Source: a virus. Taken from it: DNA of 64,000 nucleotides. Positions 53,466 to 63,100 of this stretch are shown one piece after another; position 1 is the stretch's first letter; each line of letters starts with the position of its first letter. The notes below the pieces were generated by a model. It was not told where the DNA came from and ran no database searches. It worked only from the letters and a program-made list of their open reading frames with translations. The stretch covers positions 1 to 64,000 of the IMG/VR virus record IMGVR_UViG_3300034022_000629, one strand, 5' to 3'. The position numbers and the translations under genes were made by a program.

Positions 53466-54053
53466 TCAAAAAATGGTTTTATATATATTTCCCTCTATGA
53501 TAATATCTGATTTAGATATATCGGGGTTTATCGTCTTTCCAAAATTGTTTTGTTCGGTGTATAACACTTTAAATGATGGAGGTAAAGAGACTAATTCCCA
53601 ATCAACACTTCTTTTAAAACCATTCTGTTTAAAATGTTCTATCAATTTTTCCGCACCTTTGGGTTTTATCAAATAACAATAACAATTTGGGAACCACTGA
53701 GTTATATTATTTAAAAAATATATATCAAAATCCTTTTGAAACAGTTCCTCTAAGTTTAAAACTTCATTATTGATTAAGTCAATATCATCCTCAAATACAC
53801 ATATGTTTTTTTGTTGTCTCAAACATTCCTCCCACATCAACATATTTGACAATGCAACAGATCTTACACAATTAGGGTCAACATTCCAAAGGTGATAATC
53901 TGATTCTTTAAAAAAATCTTTGGGTGCTTCTTGCAATTTACCATCTAATGCGTCGAAAAAACTAAATGGATATTTTTCACCAATTAGTTTTGATATGTAA
54001 TCTCTTCTATCTTGTCTTCTTTTTAATGATAAGACTTTAACTTCGTAATTCAT
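53466..54053 (-). CDS. GT25-family (LgtB/Lic2B-like) glycosyltransferase
   Basis: The N-terminal KVLSLKRRQDRRDYI...FFDALDG matches the GT25 N-terminal signature. Confidence 0.5.
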   Translation of the reverse strand: MNYEVKVLSLKRRQDRRDYISKLIGEKYPFSFFDALDGKLQEAPKDFFKESDYHLWNVDPNCVRSVALSNMLMWEECLRQQKNICVFEDDIDLINNEVLNLEELFQKDFDIYFLNNITQWFPNCYCYLIKPKGAEKLIEHFKQNGFKRSVDWELVSLPPSFKVLYTEQNNFGKTINPDISKSDIIIEGNIYKTIF

Positions 54054-54714
54054 ATAGTAATTTCCAATCTTTCTTTATTTGGTTATCAAAAAATTCAAAC
54101 ATATTGGATTTAAAATTCTCGGGATTGGACTCCCATAACGATTGACCATCAACTCCGTATTCCCATCCATTTAAACTACCCCATATTGACCTATCGTTTT
54201 CGGGGTGTGGGGGTACAAACGTATTAATTCCTTGTTTTTGTAATTGGTATGAGAAATTCATATCTTCACCACATAACCAATACTTTGGGTTGGGAATTTC
54301 CGACCAATAATATTTTAACCACTCTTTTTTAAAAAACCAATTATGTACAACATAATCAACTTGTGTTCTTATTTCATTTGGGTTATCCCAACCAACTCTT
54401 TGGTAATTATCTTGGTATTTCTCATTTGATTTGAAGATATAACCACAAGTACCATATAATCCAACTTGTTCTTCCATATTTTTTAAACAATTCTCTATCC
54501 ACTTTTCACCTGGTATCGTGTCGTCATCGATAATACACACATACTCAGTCTTTGCATTTAACGCTAATGAGAATCTAGACCACACTCCTAAATTTTGTAT
54601 TGAGTTATCACAAACCAATATTTGAGTTGGCTTTATTGTTTGATTTTTAATAGAGTTCCACTGTTCTTCTAAAAGATGTGGTCTTTTATATTTTGTTAAT
54701 ATTACAGTTACCAT
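54037..54714 (-). CDS. GT2-family glycosyltransferase
   Basis: VILTKYKRPHLL...VCDNS and IIDDDT (DxD) motifs. Confidence 0.55.
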   Translation of the reverse strand: MVTVILTKYKRPHLLEEQWNSIKNQTIKPTQILVCDNSIQNLGVWSRFSLALNAKTEYVCIIDDDTIPGEKWIENCLKNMEEQVGLYGTCGYIFKSNEKYQDNYQRVGWDNPNEIRTQVDYVVHNWFFKKEWLKYYWSEIPNPKYWLCGEDMNFSYQLQKQGINTFVPPHPENDRSIWGSLNGWEYGVDGQSLWESNPENFKSNMFEFFDNQIKKDWKLLYELRS

Positions 54715-56035
54715 TTAATAAATTTAAATTTTTAAGTGCCGATATGTCTTTATCTTTTTGGTCTGGATGTTCTAAATGAACAATAATCCCATATTGTCTT
54801 TTGAATTTAAGATTCTTACTGATTAATCTCCTATGTCTTTCATCATCCTCTCTACCCCAACCTTCAAACATTTCATTATTCATTCCCACATTTAAAAATT
54901 TTTCCCTATCAATAATAAAAATACCACCAATACACTTAGTTCCCCACGCGTCCCTCAAAGTGTAATTTGGTTCATCGAAACATTCCGTATATGGTAATGA
55001 ATAGTCAATTTTATTCATCATAATTTCTTTTACTGCAAAATATATATTATAAAAATTTAATAAGATAATGTCGGCATCAACAACACAAATAATTTTTTTA
55101 TTTGATATTTTAACACCATCATTTATACATTTAGATTGATTATGAGGTAAGTCTTTTTTAATAAAAATATAATTAAAATCATCCACTTGGATAGTTTGCT
55201 TATTTCCCTGTTCTGAAACTATAAACGTAGAATCTTTAAAATTTGTTTTGTAGTAGTTAACTACCTTTAATAAATTATCTTTTCTTTTTTCTGTGTCATA
55301 TCTATAAGGGAAAATAAAATCAACTTCGAACATAATAGGTTTTAACCTATCATCGTAAGTAAAATTAAACGCTCTTAAGTGTTTTAATGTTTCACAAAAC
55401 TCCTCGTTAATTTCATAATGTAAACCAGATAACAAACAAGACATAATAATGGAATACCCCTCTTGATCTCCAAATCTTTCATTGTTTACTAAACTGTCTG
55501 ATTTGTGTTTTATATCTGTAAAACTAACATAATATTTAAAAAATTCATCTATAATTTTCTCATCAACATTTTCAAAATTAAAAACAAAAACATCCTCCCA
55601 TACTGATGTTATTTTTTCTAAATTAAAGTTATATTTCTCTAATTCTTTTCTATAATTGGTATAGTTTTTTTGTGATAAAAAAATTTCCATATTTTCGGGG
55701 GAACCACTTCTTGTAAATGAAAACCCAGATTTAAATTTTATATTTTCAAAATCATTAAAAAACTGTTTATTAAAAATTAAAATATCTGAATCAATGTATA
55801 ATATTTTTTTATATCCAATTCCATAAACATCTTTTATCACGTTTATTTTGTGATGATACGAACAAGGATGTGATTGATAATTAATCACCTTAACGTTACT
55901 CAACTCATAAAAATCTGGTCTATCCGTGTACACAAATAAATCAAATAGTTTTGTGTCGACACTATTAAGTAACATCAAAGATAGTTCGTGAAACTCTTCA
56001 CTTCCATATGCAAACGTTAAGAAAGCTGATTTCAT
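54686..56035 (-). CDS. two-domain glycosyltransferase (N-terminal GT-A-like domain plus C-terminal GT7/GT2-like domain)
   Basis: The C-terminal half has VVDADII (DxD) and EGWGREDDERHRR, resembling the galactosyltransferase C-terminal WGWGxEDDD block. Confidence 0.45.
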   Translation of the reverse strand: MKSAFLTFAYGSEEFHELSLMLLNSVDTKLFDLFVYTDRPDFYELSNVKVINYQSHPCSYHHKINVIKDVYGIGYKKILYIDSDILIFNKQFFNDFENIKFKSGFSFTRSGSPENMEIFLSQKNYTNYRKELEKYNFNLEKITSVWEDVFVFNFENVDEKIIDEFFKYYVSFTDIKHKSDSLVNNERFGDQEGYSIIMSCLLSGLHYEINEEFCETLKHLRAFNFTYDDRLKPIMFEVDFIFPYRYDTEKRKDNLLKVVNYYKTNFKDSTFIVSEQGNKQTIQVDDFNYIFIKKDLPHNQSKCINDGVKISNKKIICVVDADIILLNFYNIYFAVKEIMMNKIDYSLPYTECFDEPNYTLRDAWGTKCIGGIFIIDREKFLNVGMNNEMFEGWGREDDERHRRLISKNLKFKRQYGIIVHLEHPDQKDKDISALKNLNLLNGNCNINKI

Positions 56036-56157
56036 TTTTAGTGATTATATGTAAATGGGTCGTTTTTTTGCATCATTTTTATTTTTTTCTTTATGTTTCT
56101 TTTACGTTTCCATTCTTGGTATTGGTCTTTAAACCATTCTATTATGTTTTTCATATT

Positions 56158-57837
56158 CTATTTTTTATGTATTAAATAATTATCAATTATTAACAAATCA
56201 ATGTCCGTATCTCTAAAGGTGTCCATCGCATCTTTGGGGGTCAACACCATTGTTTTATCTTTAATATTAAAAGAAGTGTTCAACAAAATGGGGTAACCGC
56301 TTAATTTTTCAAATTCACTTAATAAACTATACATTGTGGTGAATTTTGGAGCAGTTTGAACTCTTGCGGTACCATCTACGTGAGTAGTTGCTTTTAAAAT
56401 ATTAACGTATTCTTTTTTTACATCAACCACTTGATTCATATATGGTATGTCATCCTCCATATTAAAATATTTAAGTTGTTTGTCATATGTAACCATAGGT
56501 GCAAATGGTCTGAATAGTTCTCTTTTTTTAATTAACTTATTAATTCTATCTTGCATACCATCAATTGTTGGGTTAGCTAAAATGGACCTATTTCCTAAAG
56601 ATCTGGCTCCGAATTCACAACGACCCCTATACCAACCAACTACCTTACCTTCATTTAATTTTTTAGCAACATAACTTATTAAACTAAACTCAGAATTGAA
56701 TTTGAAATATCTTGTTCCGTTAAGTGCAGTTTTAATTTCTTTATCACTATACTCTGGACCTAAAAATGGGTTTTTAGGTATTTTATGTTTAAAGAGTCCA
56801 TTAATCACCTGATAATGTACACAAGCACCAATTGATGATCCCGCATCAGATGGTGCTAACGGTATCCATATTTTATTTATACGTGTACTTTTTGTTATTT
56901 TACCATTCGCCCTACCGTTATATGCGCAACCACCACTTAAACATAAATTAGTGGAGTCGTCAAAAATACCAATTGATTTTATAACATCAAACAATATTTC
57001 TTCATACCTCATCTGTATTGATGCCGCCAAATCTTTGTGTATTTGTTCAATCACTTCATTAACCATTCTAGGTTCAATACCCAATAGGTCGACAAGTTTC
57101 TCATTAAACATAATTCGACCGTTCCTATCCCAACAAAAAACATCCATATTACATATTAATTGTCCATTTTTTAATTTGATAAGTTCCCTAACTTTTTTAA
57201 TATATTTTTCTGGATTGCCGTACGACGCTAAACCCATTACTTTATATTCTCCTTCATTTGGTTTAAAACCCAAAAAAGAAGTCATCGCAGAATAAAATAA
57301 TCCAATAGAATGTGGGTATTGACTATAGGTGTAATAATCTAAGGATTTACCGTTATTTTTACTGAATGAAAGTGTATCAAATTCACCAACCCCGTCGACT
57401 GTTAAACTAACACCATTATTAAATGGTGAACTATAATATGAATAATAATGATGAGACTCGTGATGTGTTGAGTAAAATATATTTTTACTTATTTTATTCA
57501 ACATTCTTTTAAGATGCCAAATATTTTTTTTAATTTCATAATATGATTTAATACAGTATATTGGATTTTTAAAAAAGTTTTTCTTGATATTACTTTTAAC
57601 TCTCTTTAATTTTAATTCTGGATTCTCATAATAACAAACAGATGTAATATTGTCTTTGGTTATTTTAAACTCTCTTATTGCGTAATTTAAAGAATTTAAT
57701 GGGAAGGATTTATCGTGTTTAATTCCTGTGAATTTCTCCTCCTCACAAGCATAAATCAATTGCCCGTTTCTGAATATACAAACAGATGAATCGTGATAAT
57801 ATGCTGAAATCCCTATAATATATTTGGTTGTTCCCAT
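56158..57837 (-). CDS. carbamoyltransferase (NodU/CmcH family)
   Basis: The N-terminal IIGISAYYHDSSVCIF...ACEEEKFTGIKHDKSFP matches the CmcH/NodU N-domain, and the 559-aa length is typical. Confidence 0.75.
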   Translation of the reverse strand: MGTTKYIIGISAYYHDSSVCIFRNGQLIYACEEEKFTGIKHDKSFPLNSLNYAIREFKITKDNITSVCYYENPELKLKRVKSNIKKNFFKNPIYCIKSYYEIKKNIWHLKRMLNKISKNIFYSTHHESHHYYSYYSSPFNNGVSLTVDGVGEFDTLSFSKNNGKSLDYYTYSQYPHSIGLFYSAMTSFLGFKPNEGEYKVMGLASYGNPEKYIKKVRELIKLKNGQLICNMDVFCWDRNGRIMFNEKLVDLLGIEPRMVNEVIEQIHKDLAASIQMRYEEILFDVIKSIGIFDDSTNLCLSGGCAYNGRANGKITKSTRINKIWIPLAPSDAGSSIGACVHYQVINGLFKHKIPKNPFLGPEYSDKEIKTALNGTRYFKFNSEFSLISYVAKKLNEGKVVGWYRGRCEFGARSLGNRSILANPTIDGMQDRINKLIKKRELFRPFAPMVTYDKQLKYFNMEDDIPYMNQVVDVKKEYVNILKATTHVDGTARVQTAPKFTTMYSLLSEFEKLSGYPILLNTSFNIKDKTMVLTPKDAMDTFRDTDIDLLIIDNYLIHKK

Positions 57838-58649
57838 ATTCGATTTACAATTTCATCATTTTTTAATAATTTCCATCCCGTTTTATTTAAACAGATTGGT
57901 TCCTTACTATTATTTATTTTTGATACCCAATAATTAACAAACTCTTCGGTTTTAGACTCTAACTTTAAATTTAAAAATGGTAATATGTTCTCATTTAGAT
58001 AACGAAAATGTTCCTCCACAGTTGGGTGCCATTCATACAACCAATCATTAGGTTTATTTTCATCCCACATAGTTTTAAGTCTCTTTTTATTAGTGATATC
58101 ATTTCGTTCAGTTAAATTAAGATACTCCATCATAGGTGGTAAATCAAGTGTAATGTTGTAAAAGTCAACAACGTCGTTTACCGACTGAAATAACAATCCT
58201 TTTTTACTCGAATCGATTTGTTTCAAATCGGACATTGAAAATGTGACAACCTTAGCACCAATAAGATTAACAAATGATTTTAAATTTGAAATAGTTGCAC
58301 AATCTCTAAGAGCGTAATGTGTTGGATCAGCCCAGGTTACCTTAAAGTCATCTGTATAAACATTGGCGGTGAAAATATTTCCAGGCGTATGCCACTTTCC
58401 ATTTGACCTCCTATCCTCTCTTTGAAACGATGTCCAATTGAATATAATTAGATCTTCGTGATTAAATTTATAGTGTTTGTGAGCCTCCATAAACTTTATA
58501 AAAAGATATGAATTTCCCGCACCACACCTACCAAAGTTTCTACCATAAAGTCCTTTATTCTTGAAATCTTCTACCATAATATCGGCCCAAGTTGGCCAAG
58601 CATATGAGGTAAAACTACAACCAAACGTAAAAACTCTTTTGAAATTCAT
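57813..58649 (-). CDS. SGNH-hydrolase-like protein (G-C-S block I variant)
   Basis: The N-terminal FTFGCSFTSYAW parallels FGDSFT. Confidence 0.35.
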   Translation of the reverse strand: MNFKRVFTFGCSFTSYAWPTWADIMVEDFKNKGLYGRNFGRCGAGNSYLFIKFMEAHKHYKFNHEDLIIFNWTSFQREDRRSNGKWHTPGNIFTANVYTDDFKVTWADPTHYALRDCATISNLKSFVNLIGAKVVTFSMSDLKQIDSSKKGLLFQSVNDVVDFYNITLDLPPMMEYLNLTERNDITNKKRLKTMWDENKPNDWLYEWHPTVEEHFRYLNENILPFLNLKLESKTEEFVNYWVSKINNSKEPICLNKTGWKLLKNDEIVNRIWEQPNIL

Positions 58650-58650
58650 A

Positions 58651-59715
58651 TTATAAAATTGTTTTTCTTGTGTTTTCCCAAATATTGATATTACCTTTTA
58701 GGAATTTATAGTATCGACTACTAATGTTTTCTACCTCACTACTTTGACCGAATATGTCATTCATTTTTTGTATTGAACTAAATCCATTAAATCTTTGTAT
58801 GATTGTTTCCCTAACAATGAAAAGTACGGCGTCTAATGATTTGTTACCACATAAATGTATTATCCAGTTAAAATCATAATTGGCTAAGGCGTATAATTCA
58901 GTTTCATTACTTATTATTTTTTTCTTATTATTAAAACTAATTGTAAATGGATACGTTATATTAACCAAATCAGAAGTTTCGTGATTTATTGATAGATTTT
59001 GTTGTTGATTAAATAAATAAAATGTCTCCTTCTCCTCCTTAACAACATCCTCATCAATTATCTCATCTTCTTTATTAATCATTTTTATTGCTGTGGATAT
59101 AAACAACTGTTCAATAACACAAGCGTAATAGTAATTGGAATCGAAATGTTCTTTATTCTCCTCGTATATTTTTAAACAATATTCACTAGCCTTTTTAATA
59201 GTTTCGTAATCGTTACCACCAAAAATGCACATATTTGGAATATCAAAAAAATCAATATGTTTTTTAAATTCTTCGGGTAATTTATCTTCAATTTCAAAAG
59301 TTCCTTTTAAGTACGTATTATACATACTCATATTGGTTTTAAAGTTATTTTCTTTTTTTAGTGGGATATCGCTTGAAGCGTAGAATACTGGTTCTTTGTC
59401 TATTTTTTTTGGTAACGCATAAATAAAAGTATCCAAATCTAAATGTGCAAATGGTTCGGTTTGTAAACTATATGTCACCATTTTTGGAATTGAGAATGTT
59501 TTACATTTAAACCCATCGAATGGTTCGGTTATAATTTCATCATAAGGTACACCTAACTTTCTTACTATTTTTTCAATATCTTTTGTGGTATATAGAATTA
59601 CTTTATCAAAACTAAATTTAGCTAGATGTACAGATAATAACATATTATATGCTAAACTTCTATTGAAGTTACTTTTTATGTTGTGACTTGGGACATATGT
59701 GTGTATTCCAATCAT
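58651..59715 (-). CDS. hypothetical protein
   Basis: 354-aa ORF inside the glycan module. Confidence 0.4.
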   Translation of the reverse strand: MIGIHTYVPSHNIKSNFNRSLAYNMLLSVHLAKFSFDKVILYTTKDIEKIVRKLGVPYDEIITEPFDGFKCKTFSIPKMVTYSLQTEPFAHLDLDTFIYALPKKIDKEPVFYASSDIPLKKENNFKTNMSMYNTYLKGTFEIEDKLPEEFKKHIDFFDIPNMCIFGGNDYETIKKASEYCLKIYEENKEHFDSNYYYACVIEQLFISTAIKMINKEDEIIDEDVVKEEKETFYLFNQQQNLSINHETSDLVNITYPFTISFNNKKKIISNETELYALANYDFNWIIHLCGNKSLDAVLFIVRETIIQRFNGFSSIQKMNDIFGQSSEVENISSRYYKFLKGNINIWENTRKTIL

Positions 59716-60425
59716 ATTAATTTTTTTGCTTTCATTGAATCATCCAATTCCGAGTTTAATTTTTCATTATGTCTAATAGTATAATGAATTAAATCATTTA
59801 TATGTTCCGAAATCACTTTGTGTGCGTTTTCACTATAATGCGCATCTTGTATCTTTCCTTCTGTCTCTTGTAAAATGGTTTGAACAATCGGTAATGATAT
59901 TACATCCATTCCCTGATGAAAATTATAAAAGGGTGACCAATGTATTATGATATTATTATGAAAGGTTCTGTTTAATAATATCATTATTCTATTCAATTCA
60001 GTTACATAACAGGAACCGTCAAGTCTATTAACTAAAACCTCTTCAACAGTATCAGGTGAAACCCCAATTAATTTAGCCGTTTCTTTTTTAAATGTAGAAT
60101 CCCCACCAGGAAGTATACTTGTAAATTTACCAAATTTATTTGCCAACCTTGTTCTATGTATACTAGACCAACCAATAACAATCACATCCCCATCTTTTAT
60201 TTGGTCTAAATGATTTATAATGATATCCAAAATGGTGTAATTATCTGCACCTCCGTGTCCTCTATTGTGGCAAGTATATCCATAATCATCGATTAAAAAA
60301 TCCGAAAATACTTTAGGTGAATATCCCTTATATTCAGCATATTTAAATCTCCAATCCTTTAAGTTTGGTACTGGTGACATTGATTGTGTAAACGAATCCC
60401 CAAATACCCAAATTGTCTTACCCAT
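59712..60425 (-). CDS. SGNH/GDSL hydrolase (canonical GDS block)
   Basis: The N-terminal TIWVFGDSFTQS is block I, GHGGADNYT is block II-like, and DAHYSENAHK near the C-terminus is a D-x-x-H block. Confidence 0.5.
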   Translation of the reverse strand: MGKTIWVFGDSFTQSMSPVPNLKDWRFKYAEYKGYSPKVFSDFLIDDYGYTCHNRGHGGADNYTILDIIINHLDQIKDGDVIVIGWSSIHRTRLANKFGKFTSILPGGDSTFKKETAKLIGVSPDTVEEVLVNRLDGSCYVTELNRIMILLNRTFHNNIIIHWSPFYNFHQGMDVISLPIVQTILQETEGKIQDAHYSENAHKVISEHINDLIHYTIRHNEKLNSELDDSMKAKKLI

Positions 60426-61821
60426 TAAAATTTAATTTTTTATATGTTTCATAAATTTCATCTGTACTAACCATAACATTAAAATTGTTAACAAATACAG
60501 ACTCCATTTCTTTAGTTATTTTATACATTTTTTCTTGGTCCCACGTTGATATTTCCTCCATTACATCTATTATCTTTTCTAACCTTTTTGCGAAGTCCAA
60601 TTCTGTGTCGTAACTTTCATCCCACCACTTATCAAAGGTTTGAAACCCATATTCTTTTAATTTAGTTAAGGAATTTGGGTTTCCTATTAATATAAACGGT
60701 TGTGCACAAAAAATAGGTTTGAATGTTTTCTCTGAAAAGAAAATAGAACTATTGTTAATTAACGATTCAGTTACAACGTTAACAAACGATGAGTTATGCG
60801 CTCCTAAATTTAAATTAGTTGCTTTATTATTTTCTAAATCTGGTTCATCATATATAGATGAAATTGTTGAATCGTACCCTCTGTAAAATTCAATTAGTTT
60901 TTCTTTATGAAGTCTATTCATTAAGAGACCTTGGATGTGCACCAAATAGTCATTTTTACGATTAATTAACGAAGCGCCTAACGAGGTTATATGGGAAGTT
61001 AGTTTTTTGTTTGTTTTTAATTCAGCAAAAATCGCCATCCTATGTAATTTTGGTACTCTATTGAAACATAAAAATTGATTAGTTTTATAATGATTTTTAT
61101 TATTTTCAATAGAACTATAAAATCCCTTTTTTAAAGACTCTTGAGCATTTAAATCTGACATTTTACCATTATCATAAAACCAAAGATTATGTTGGAAATA
61201 GTTGTATGGTATGATGGTAAAACTATCAGTTACGTAACCCTTTGAAACTAATTTGTTTTTAGATTCTAAAGCCTTTAGGTTAGCACAAATGAAAATAAGA
61301 TGTTCTTTATCAAAACCGTATCTCTTTGAGAGATTATCCATCCAAATAAAATCATTTTGTTTATCTCCAAAGAACCCTTCAGTTAATTGTATAAAACATA
61401 TCTTTGCTTTCTTTTCTAAAACCTTTTTAATTAATCGTTCATTAAAATCAACTGTGGGGTAATTCTCATATAGGGAGGGGGTAAATAAAACAATTGGGTA
61501 AATAAAATTAATGTTCTTATCGATTGCGTCATCTAAGGTGTGTGCTTTAAAAACATTATGAGTATTATCAAAAAATTCTTCAAATTTTTGTGAGTGAAAT
61601 TGTCCCATAACTCTCTTAAAATCTTCAGTTACCTCATTTGTTATTGTATATGGAAATTTAATATCTAATTCTTTTTCCACCTCGTCAAGTCTATCACATT
61701 TAGCGGTATACCAAGTATGAATGTCATAATTAACTAAATTGGAGTTACCATAGTAGATTTTACCATTTTCATCGTAAACTAAAACTTCGTTATAAGCGAC
61801 ATTTATTTTCTCAATATTCAT
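60418..61821 (-). CDS. hypothetical protein
   Basis: 467-aa ORF. Confidence 0.4.
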   Translation of the reverse strand: MNIEKINVAYNEVLVYDENGKIYYGNSNLVNYDIHTWYTAKCDRLDEVEKELDIKFPYTITNEVTEDFKRVMGQFHSQKFEEFFDNTHNVFKAHTLDDAIDKNINFIYPIVLFTPSLYENYPTVDFNERLIKKVLEKKAKICFIQLTEGFFGDKQNDFIWMDNLSKRYGFDKEHLIFICANLKALESKNKLVSKGYVTDSFTIIPYNYFQHNLWFYDNGKMSDLNAQESLKKGFYSSIENNKNHYKTNQFLCFNRVPKLHRMAIFAELKTNKKLTSHITSLGASLINRKNDYLVHIQGLLMNRLHKEKLIEFYRGYDSTISSIYDEPDLENNKATNLNLGAHNSSFVNVVTESLINNSSIFFSEKTFKPIFCAQPFILIGNPNSLTKLKEYGFQTFDKWWDESYDTELDFAKRLEKIIDVMEEISTWDQEKMYKITKEMESVFVNNFNVMVSTDEIYETYKKLNFNG

Positions 61822-61837
61822 ATAAAATAATTATCAA

Positions 61838-63100
61838 TTATATCATTTTTTTGTTTATTTCTGTATAGAACTTTAAACCAATTTCCGTTTCAAATTTCTC
61901 CAATCTCAATTTGTCTAACGTGTCGTTATATTTTTTAAATTTTTGATATAAATCAAACTTATCTATATTATCAACGTCAGTGACACTAAAAAGGTAAATA
62001 GACCCCAATAGTTCCATTATTTCCTTTCTAACCTCTTCACATACACCTAACAACTCTAAATCCTCGTTAAACGTCTCTAAACGAGTTTTAAACCTATTCT
62101 TAATATCATCAGATATCCATTTACAACTTAAATAATCAGGACCATATATTGGGTTTATGGCTAACATCCTTCTTCGTGAGTAATTTATGTTTTTTTCAAT
62201 TAGTCCTTGGTTGATTAGTTCAATAATCATATCAAACGTGTGTAGATAATTTAGAACCCCATAAGAAAATGTGTAAAAAATATGTGAATTAGTTAAAAAT
62301 TCAGATACTTTATTAGCGTTTTCAATGAATGATTCAGTCTTAAACCCTGAACGAATGTATTCACCAACCTTACCTACACCATCAAGACTTGGAAATAGGG
62401 TAATCTTATCAAAATGAGACCAATAATCAAAGATGTGTTTATCTTTGTAGGTAATTTTAGATAGATTGGTACTATACCTTAAATAAACTTGTTTATTCCT
62501 TTTAATTAACTCATCAAGAATGTCATAATGGTGTGCGCTAATCAAGGGTTCCCCACCAGCAAAATATATTTCATCAACATATTCATAATGGTCACCTAAT
62601 TGTTTTAAAAAATCCTCAGTATCATCTAGTGTAATAATTGCTTGGTTACCTTGGTTACTATTCATACTAACGGCATCGTTAAACCAGGAGGAACTAAACC
62701 CGTGATAACACATTCGACATTTAAAATTACATAGGTTTGTAATTCTTATATCCCATAAATGGAACTTTGTTTTGTCACCATCAACGTATTCAACACAATC
62801 CGGATATTGTTTATTAAGTCTTTGTCTATATGATTCTGAATTCAGTTTCTCATTATTAATACAGTTTGAGCATTGTTTGACAACTTCACCGTTTAGCATC
62901 TTACCCTTAATTTCTTTGGACTTATCTGATTGGTAAATCTCACTTAACGAATCATTGTTAATATTACCAAGAGGATCATTTAAATCCCAATTACAACAAG
63001 GAAGAACATTACCATTTGGATGAACGTAAACACTCATCCAAGGTGCAACACAAAAAGATTTTGAATCAACTAGTAAAGATTTCTTCTCATTTTCATTCAT
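61838..63100 (-). CDS. radical SAM enzyme with an N-terminal Cys-rich extension
   Basis: ITNLCNFKCRMC is the CX3CX2C motif, about 120 aa in. Upstream is FCVAPWMSVYVHPNGNVLPCCNWD, which parallels the 48416-49456 protein. Confidence 0.55.
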   Translation of the reverse strand: MNENEKKSLLVDSKSFCVAPWMSVYVHPNGNVLPCCNWDLNDPLGNINNDSLSEIYQSDKSKEIKGKMLNGEVVKQCSNCINNEKLNSESYRQRLNKQYPDCVEYVDGDKTKFHLWDIRITNLCNFKCRMCYHGFSSSWFNDAVSMNSNQGNQAIITLDDTEDFLKQLGDHYEYVDEIYFAGGEPLISAHHYDILDELIKRNKQVYLRYSTNLSKITYKDKHIFDYWSHFDKITLFPSLDGVGKVGEYIRSGFKTESFIENANKVSEFLTNSHIFYTFSYGVLNYLHTFDMIIELINQGLIEKNINYSRRRMLAINPIYGPDYLSCKWISDDIKNRFKTRLETFNEDLELLGVCEEVRKEIMELLGSIYLFSVTDVDNIDKFDLYQKFKKYNDTLDKLRLEKFETEIGLKFYTEINKKMI

